Assembly: GCA_951406725.2 (NCBI GenBank)
Contig: OX597817.1
Location: 114,948,001 to 115,012,000, forward strand
Direction: 5' to 3'
From: Octopus vulgaris
Lineage: Eukaryota
Length of the DNA: 64,000 nucleotides
Of the stretch, positions 54,928 through 64,000 are shown in pieces. The notes under the pieces are model-generated. The model searched no databases, was not told where the DNA came from, and saw only the letters and a list, made by a program, of their open reading frames with translations. The translations under genes were made by a program, and so were the position numbers. Each line of letters begins with the position of its first letter. Positions within the stretch are counted from its first letter, which is position 1.

Positions 54928-57900
54928 TGCTTCAATATGCTACTGCCGGCTTATCTAGGATGTCCGTACCGGTTCATTACAATTTGGAATGAGACTGGTG
55001 TTTTCGTGGTTGGGCCTAGATGGTACTTGAATTCAAAATGCAAAGACCCGAAACAAATGCTTCACGTCATTTTATTCGTCACTGTAAAAGTTACTCCACA
55101 CGTCTTCCTTGGACAGCTTCCTTTTTTTATCGACTTCAAAAGGATGACAGGAAAAGTCGATCATGTCAGGATTTGAACTTGGGACACAGAACAAAATCCA
55201 AGAGGTATTCTAATCGACTACTACACACATAATTATTTGATGTTCTATCAATTCAAGTTACATTCTGTTCACTACTTGGTCTAACTGAAGAGAAGCATTA
55301 ATCCTAATTCAAAACTTTTCCGTTAGTATTAATATAAATACTTCCTCCAACATGATTTAGAAATTATTGAATGGATAAGATATCTAGGCTACTTGCTCCT
55401 GAACCATGAGTACACGTTTTCTACAAGTCTTTTTTATACCTTTTTTTTTTGTATTTAGTTTGCAATATCTTTTATGTGTATTCGTGTTTTGAAACAAATC
55501 TTGTGTCTTGAGTAAGTCATTACGCCAATAATAATAACATATGCACCGATTCAATATCACTTCTTTATTGTTAGTCAATTAGTTAAGTATCTAAGCAACT
55601 AACTAACTGATCGTTTCTTTAATGTGTTGGTTAAACAATCTATCAGTTGTTTGTCAAAATCTTTTCGTTGCTATTCGCGATCTCATCAATGACATGCCCT
55701 CTCTCTTCAGGCCAGACCTTGATATTGAACTAGTGCATGAGTTTATTGTTATTGGCGTAATGACCATCTCAAGATACAAGATCCTCTTTATGTTTCCTAA
55801 CAAAACATTTAAGTTAAATCAACTGCGAGCAGTTGATAGTTTCAACGGTTTCACTGCAACTTAACAGTGTTTATGATAAGCTTTCCATCAATAAGTTATG
55901 TTCATTTACATACAAGCAGAATTCAAGGACTGTAGTAACAGTAAAATCTAGATTTAGAAGGGAAATTTCAACTGTAGCGCATATAACCCTCCTCTCTTCT
56001 GCAGTCATGGATCTGACTTTAAGACACGAAACCAGTTCTTCCGTTACGATAATTTCATCTATTCTAAATTTCAGACTGTCTCTTGAAACCAGTGACAGTA
56101 CATCTATAAGTTTATTTGCCGTGAGGAAGATGGGAAATCTGGCTTTTCTCCGAGTACTCTTTACCTTTAGGGAAGGCTATGTAAAGGTTCAGTTATGACT
56201 CATTATTGAAGAGAGATTAGCATTATGTCTAGAGGGCATTTATCTTTTTATATAATGCTCTGTGAAAATCAATTTAAGTTATAATCATATGTATCGCAGT
56301 TATATTTAAGGTATTATTATTAGTGCCATGTTATATACAAATATCTAAAATAGCATGATTGATAACATCTATGCTATCATAGAAAATGAATTGAAAAGGG
56401 ATCTGAAGGCCTTCCTCATCAAAATATATTGATGGTATACTATTCACCTTCAAACCAATTGAATATATAATTTCCATGTATTTATCTCGTAATCAGAATA
56501 TCAAATGGCTAGATTGATAAATTTTTTTAATGTTTTATAACGTGTAAGAGATGGATATATATTTCAGGATTGACCTACCGCTCAGATACGATGGCTGTAA
56601 AGGTTCTATTTCTTGATTAGATAGATAGCCTGAAACAAGCAGAAAAATAATCCTACTTAAGAGTACAAAATATTGGCTCCTGAGTAAATGAATTTACTCT
56701 TTTGTTGTTCGATTTGCTATAAATAACTGAGAAATTTCCTCAAGCGCACCAGACTATATTGGAAAAAGAAAGGCACATTGATCAATATCTCAGATAAACA
56801 AAAAGTACAGAAAAATACACGTGGAACGTGGATAAAATGTTTTTTAACCATACATTTGCTCAATTAGGGTCGATCTGACTAAACAACAACAACATTTATA
56901 ATTTCGGAAGTAAAATTCTTCACATCTATCAATCTTTTACGAACCAAGGGCTCAGAACATTTACCAGTCAGGCTCAGACATTTTATAATAGAATAGATAA
57001 TAGTAAAAGAGCGTTTTACGAAAGATTACATTTGCAGAATCTCATATATAAGAGTCTCATAAGAAACAGCTGTTGATTAGGAAAGAAAGTTATCTGTGAA
57101 AAGCAATATTTTAAATTAAAGTCTTTCAGAACATACTCTAAGGAAGAATGCAAATATTTCGGATTACAACAACGAAGACTTAATGGCTTTGTGAAACTTA
57201 ATTCCAAACCAACAAACATTCGTCTACCAAACTTTTACTTGAAAATATTTCTTTGTTTCTTTTTCCTTTTATATGCTCTTTTGCATATGAAAAGACAGTG
57301 AACAGAATTTACTGGAAGTTTCTATCATTGTTGCCGGCAGCTACTCGAATCTGAGAAACAAACACATGTACAAAAAATACCACTAGAAATGAATGATTTA
57401 TGAATTTGCAAATCCTAAATTGTCAACGTTTGTTTCTTCCATGATCAGCTATTTGTCAAAGGAAATTTGGAGTCAATGCAGCAGAAAATTAAAGGTGTTG
57501 CTTGCTATAGTTAATATCAAAATGGTGGTCGAATGGCAGAAGCAGCAGAGTGTCAGATGGACAAAATGTATTACAACATTTAATCTAGTGCTATGTTCAA
57601 ATCTTTTATAATCGACTTTGTCCATTTTTCCTGGAGCTATTAAAATAACTAGACACATGTCGGAAATTATGACTTTCGGAGATTTCAGTATCTAGGATTA
57701 TGGCATTGAGAAATGTTTTGGCTTCATGTGCTTTAGTTAAAAAACACTTCTTAGATCAATATTATCTTTTATCTCTACAGAACTGTTGAAATTTAAAACT
57801 TCGGAATGAATTACTTCTGGTGGTGATCGTTTGCAGAGATCAGATCTACAGTATCTTTACTTTCAACTTTTTGACCTCATAAGAAAAAAAGGTAGTGAGA

Positions 57901-58286
57901 AGTGTATGTTATGAAGAAGATAATGAGAAGTGTGTTATGCTGAAGAAGACAAATAAGTACCATGTCTAAAGGGAACTGCTGAACAAAATATCACATGGCA
58001 TTGGTTTCTGACCTCCCCTTTTCTCCCTTCCAGCTTCGGAGCTCATACAAACACTTGACCGTCACCCTTCCTATGACTACGCCATTAAAATATACAGTGT
58101 ATGGGACCGGATATACTATATATACAACTGCTATAGATAGTAGTATATAGCAGTATATCCAGTAAATACGTATGTAGTAATGTATGTATCAATGTATGAA
58201 TGTATGTTTGTGTGCGCGCGCGCGTGTCCTAGATACGACTTTAAACTAGTGGGGCTCTGGTTCGGAAGTATGTATGTATGTATTTA

Positions 58287-58334
<48 letters not shown>

Positions 58335-58943
58335 TGTGTGTGTTATAAATATTACTTTAAACTAGTGAGGCTCTCATTCGGAAGTTCCAAGGTTTTGAAG
58401 AGTATGGAATCACATCTAAGCCACATTTGTTCCCAGCTCTACTCTAACTCGGAATAGTGGCATCTGTCAGGATTCGAGCTTTAGGTTAACAGCAAATGGA
58501 ATGACAATCCATCTGAGCCCGTGGATGCAGAAGAACTGTCGGTTGGTGTAAGGGCACATAGTAAAACCTCTAAAAAAGGATGGGTTCCTAACTGTTTTTA
58601 CAGCATCCTTCTAGGAGGGGAATACTGGCCATCTCACTTCGGCCAGTCACTATGTACTAACCACGGAGAATCAGAGAGGGGTACTCGTGTTGTACAAGCG
58701 TTTATCACTATAAAGTAATGACAAATAAATGTCTCTTCTGGTAGCCTCACTTGGCATTGCATCTACTGAAAGTCTCACGGCGATGAAAGGGTGACAATAT
58801 GTGCAGACCTAACCAGCTGGAAGCACAAACAACTAACTTGCAACTTTCACCCCCTCCCCATACTTCAAACCATGCAGTTCTGGAGCGGGTCTGAAAAGTC
58901 GTCTGTGAAGATTGAATAATCTCCACCTACATATCTCTTTCGA

Positions 58944-59093
<150 letters not shown>

Positions 59094-59158
59094 CATACAT
59101 AACATACATTCATATGTGTATACATATACATACACACAAAAATTCATACATACGTACA

Positions 59159-59189
<31 letters not shown>

Positions 59190-59225
59190 GTATATATATA
59201 TATATATACATATACACATACATAC

Positions 59226-59509
59226 ATGGTGGCTGCCCTCTCGTTATCGACTCTGGCTTTTGCACGAAGCTTAATCAATGTTATGGCTTTTGCACGAAGC
59301 TTAATCAATGTTATTATCATGCAATGCCAGTGCAAGAAGATCTTTTTAAAGTGAGGAAAGGCTGTGCACTGACTCAATCTCACTCACTAAGCAATAGCAG
59401 CCATAATCCGAAAAGAACAAGTCAACATCATCGGTAACCACCGAGCCGCAGGTTTCATGTCGGAATTATCCCAGTTACCTGAGTTATCTTCTCCTAGAAG
59501 GATGTTTCG

Positions 59510-59510
<1 letters not shown>
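59226..59510 (-). mobile_element. insertion in (CATA)n with an RTE-like 3' end and internal 30-bp duplication
   Basis: catacatggtggctgccctctcgttatcga resembles catacatgatggccgtccactcgtgaccga at 21723; tandem duplication 59254-59314. Confidence 0.45.
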
Positions 59511-59540
<30 letters not shown>

Positions 59541-59550
59541 CATACATACA

Positions 59551-59634
<84 letters not shown>

Positions 59635-60033
59635 GTATTGGTTTAATATTAAACCAATTCTGAATTAAAGAACTTTTGCAAGCAAGGTATTTTCCTTTGC
59701 AGCAGTTTATAAAATAATTGTAGGAACATTTTGCATGATTGAAAAATTATAAAAGCAAAGAGGCAAAAACGTATGCAAAAATATAATTAAAATCTTAATA
59801 TTTATTCATTTTGGGTATGAATATATGTATATTCTATTATTTTCAAAAGTTTAAATTAAATACAAAACTTGATTTCAATGAATATGAATATCTAATATTC
59901 ATATATGGGTATTATAGATATATAGATGTGCTACAGCTTTTTGACTGAGGGTTATTTGTGGATATGTCATATGTTAATAGGAGGATATATATGTCTGTGG
60001 GTGGGTGTCGTGTATAGATGTATGTGTATATAA

Positions 60034-60086
<53 letters not shown>

Positions 60087-60397
60087 TATATATGTTTGTG
60101 TGTGTATGTGTGTAATTCATTTTTATCGGGATGGGGTGGCGACTCGAAGTAGATAAAGCTATAAATTTTAAGCAGATAAAATTGCAGAAACTAGGTTTGA
60201 GTAACAAACCAGTACGAAGCCGAATAATGTCTTGTACCATTTTCAGATAATAAGAAATTGACTCTGCATAATAAATTGAAAGTTTTCTTTTGCTCTCGTT
60301 TGTAAAGCCTAACGTTCTTATTTAACTATCCCTTTATCTTTCTCTCGATTTATCTATAAACATATCTGTTATATGTAAATGTGTTTGTATATATATA

Positions 60398-60787
60398 CTT
60401 TTATTCGTGTACTTGGTTCAGTCATATGAATGTGGTCATGATGGAGCACCACAGTAAAGGGTTTTAGCCGAAGAAATCTAACTCAGAGCTTATTCTTTGT
60501 AAGCCTAGTACTTATTCTATCGGTCTCTTTAGCCGGACCACTAGCTTACGGCGACGTAAACACACCAACATCGGTTGTCAAGTGATGGTGGGACGACAAA
60601 CACAAATACAAAGACACACACACATATACATACGACGGGATTCTTTCAGTTTCCGTATACCAAATGCATTCACAAGGCCCTGGTAGGTCCGAGGCCTAGT
60701 AGAAGACACTTGCACAAGGTGCCACGCAATGGGACTGAACCCGGAACCATCTGGTTGGGAAGCAAGTTTATTACCACACAACCACGC

Positions 60788-60789
<2 letters not shown>
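60398..60789 (-). mobile_element. SINE family A copy
   Basis: Reverse complement of the 18029-18448 family. Confidence 0.83.
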
Positions 60790-60855
<66 letters not shown>

Positions 60856-60980
60856 TTAGAGATAAAACCACTGTTAGGCAAATCAAACAGTGAAAAACAT
60901 AAGCCAATACATAAAATTAATTTAAAAAATAAAAAATTATTTAAATAATTTAAACTTATAAATATTATATATATTTACAA

Positions 60981-61012
<32 letters not shown>

Positions 61013-61119
61013 ATTTTTATATTTATATATTATTTTATTTATTAATTAATTAATTTATTTATTTATTTAATTTTTTTTAAATATCAAAAGTATTAAAATT
61101 TTAATAAAAGATAAAGATA

Positions 61120-61176
<57 letters not shown>

Positions 61177-61296
61177 CACAATATCTCTGCTCGGTGCGTT
61201 CGGTGAAAACGAAAATACGATGAGCGCGCAATACACGTAGCAGGCGGAATCTGACGAGGCTTACAAAGGCGAAATTTTTGCACGCGTGCAAGAAGG

Positions 61297-61979
61297 AACA
61301 TATAATTGCCAACCACGTGTGGCGTCCTGTACGGGACAGGAAGTCATCTCTTCCAGCTGGCTAACGACACATTCTGTGTCCGATTAGTATTTGCGAGAGG
61401 AGGTCATCGCTCCCATCCCTAGCATTACATGGCACACATGGTCTCCAGTTTCTGGGTGGTTACCCGTCCTCAGCGTGTGTCAATCACCAGCTAGGGATGA
61501 TACCTACTCCACCTGCAAAATACTATATGCTTTTTCCTGCAACAAATCGTCGTTGATCTCGAAAAAGGAGAAATAAACTATATCAAATCTCTGAGCGAGA
61601 TGTAAATAGTACCAACTCAGAATCGTAACATATAATTGCCAGCCAAGTATGGCGTCCTATACGGGACGGTGCTATTTTGCGAGTGGGACGAGTTTTCATC
61701 ACTAGCTGGTGATTAACACACGCTGAGAAGGGGTAACCATCCTGAAACTCGAGTCCGAGTATATCACGTAAGGCTAGGGATGGAAGCGATCACCACCCCT
61801 CGCAAATACTAATCGGGCACAGAATGTGTGTCGTTAGTCAGCTGGAAGAGCTGTCTTCCTGGGGCTATAAATGTCAGTAGCACTGTCCAGTATAGGACGC
61901 CACGCTTGTTTGGTAATTATATGTTATGGCAATTATATGTATTGCTACTGTTTACATCTCGCTCAGAGATTTAATATAG
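61297..61979. mobile_element. older hammerhead-bearing multimer, ~330-bp unit plus partial unit plus inverted unit
   Basis: aacatataattgcc at 61297 and 61627; inversion from ~61673; degenerate hammerheads at 61434-61480 (-) and 61716-61762 (+). Confidence 0.75.
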
Positions 61980-61981
61980 CG

Positions 61982-62019
<38 letters not shown>

Positions 62020-62231
62020 GTATATATATGTATATATATTTAAAAAAGGGGATGTGGAACACGAGTTGTGATATATAAAAAAGGAAATGAAGAAAATGCT
62101 GACAAAATAATTTAAGTAATTTAAGTAATTTAATTAGGTGAAAGTTCTTTTTACCGGTTGCGCATTTGTTATGCTTATCAAAAAATATTTTTTTAAGAGA
62201 GATAGAGTTCCTTTCTGATAGATTTTTTCCT

Positions 62232-62305
<74 letters not shown>

Positions 62306-62415
62306 CAGCAAAACAATTTAGATTCAAAAGAATATGGTACTTAACTTAGATGCACCAGAATTTTTTTATGGTATTAACCATAAATGATGTGGGGTGATTA
62401 TAACGAAAAAATAAC

Positions 62416-62637
62416 CAACAAGAATGGATCGGTAGTTTAGTACAATTGTTTCTGGTACTCAAATTCTCAACAAGAATAGAAAAAGTAAATATAGAGTTTT
62501 CCCCTAAGGATATCCCCTTACATAGTAAGGATGAATACATCTGGCTACTGATCCATAGAATGCTGTAATATTTGCAGCTTTAATAAAATGTTTATAGTAT
62601 GAAACAATTGTACTAAACTACCGATCCATTCTTGTTG
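62416..62637. repeat. 37-bp perfect inverted repeat carrying a GAAA-CAAUUG-UA half hammerhead
   Basis: 62416-62452 / 62601-62637; region lies between (TA)n tracts. Confidence 0.8.
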
Positions 62638-62649
62638 CTTCTTTTTTGG

Positions 62650-62731
<82 letters not shown>

Positions 62732-62983
62732 CTATATGTATATATAAATATATATATTGAAGTGATTTTATTATTATTACTATTATCATTTCTTGAATGT
62801 AGCCACGAAACATGTGTCGTTATTCTACCAAATATATATGTTTTGTTTACTTTTTTGCAAATTAATTAATCGTTGTTATATGTTTTATTTTATATTTAAT
62901 CTTCCTATAATATGTAAATTTTCTAAATGGTATAATATAATTTTTCATTATTGAATTGATAAAATGTGGGTTTTTTTCTAATT

Positions 62984-63044
<61 letters not shown>

Positions 63045-63093
63045 CTTAGATATGCATATATAAATATATATATATATACACGCACACACACAC

Positions 63094-63142
<49 letters not shown>

Positions 63143-63293
63143 AATATTTATATGTACGCATTACCTTTTGTAAAAATCCTACAACGTTGCAGTATATGAC
63201 AGACAGGTATTGTAGCTTTTATTGAAATACTCTAGATGGCACTAGATGTCAATGTCAAACTTATTACTTTTGATATATTTTCCTGATTAAATG

Positions 63294-63361
<68 letters not shown>

Positions 63362-63779
63362 ACGCACGCATGCGCTGTGTATGTGTTTGTATACTTTTAA
63401 GTGCTGCAAACAATAGCAAAGCCTGAGAGGAATATTAGATTTCGATTGGTGGATGAAGAATTTTGAAATTGTTTCTCGTTTCCGAACTTCTGACGGAGAA
63501 AATAATAAACAAAAATCTTAATATGTTTGGAGGATATTTAAAAGCAACAGTCAAATGAAGTATCAAATACTGTTTAAATAAACCTTATTCGCAACAACGG
63601 AAATATATACACGTAAAGAACGGGGAAATTAACATAGTAAAGTCACGTGTAAGTATGTGTAAATACCACAATGAAGGGATTATGGGATGTTTTGGCAGGC
63701 TGTTTTGACTCCGCTTATTTGGCGTTGCTAACTGGAAGCTGAAATTTTGGTATCAGAATTTTTAACGTTTCTTCTCGTA

Positions 63780-63995
63780 TTGATTTCAAATTTTAGCACA
63801 AGGCCAGCAATTTTGGGGGCGGGAGTCAGTCCATTACACAGACTCCAGTACTCAACTAGTGCGTATTTTATCGACCCTGAAATGATGAACGGCAAATTCG
63901 ACCTCAACGGCATTTGAACTCAGAACGTAAAGACGAACGAAATGCCGCAAAGTATTTCGCCCAACGTGTTAACGATTCTGTTAGCTCACCACCTT
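63780..63995 (-). mobile_element. SINE family C copy
   Basis: Reverse complement of the 2269/34801 family (gaactcagaacgtaa...aacgattctg..agctcaccacctt). Confidence 0.8.
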
Positions 63996-64000
63996 ATATG

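Noticed and set aside
58238-58386. 32-bp imperfect direct repeat around a (GT)n tract
   Set aside because: Consistent with a local duplication next to a microsatellite; no further structure.

Overview
AT-rich eukaryotic non-genic DNA, probably intergenic or deep intronic. It is saturated with microsatellites ((TA)n, (CA)n, (CATA)n, (ATCT)n, (AAT)n), and its SINE families and composition suggest an octopus genome (inference, not verified). I could not support any intact host protein-coding exon; almost all ORF-track entries are microsatellite translations. Recognisable content: three tRNA-type SINE families (about 20 copies), Tc1 and mariner transposase remnants including a nested mariner with TIRs and TA TSD, Helitron helicase remnants, 3' ends of RTE and R4/Dong-type LINEs, and a hAT-type MITE. 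The main discovery candidate is a set of at least eight sequence-unrelated insertions, mostly in or next to (TA)n tracts, that carry minimal type-I hammerhead ribozyme motifs (CUGANGA...GAAA, short palindromic helix III, GUH site) of the Penelope-like-element/retrozyme kind. Some are complete and some degenerate or truncated. Two are young non-coding multimers (491-bp and 562-bp units) built as monomer + partial monomer + inverted, circularly permuted monomer with 23-26 nt terminal redundancy. In every inverted pair the ribozyme-sense strands point outward. This suggests twin priming at (TA)n from multimeric or circular ribozyme RNAs (inference).
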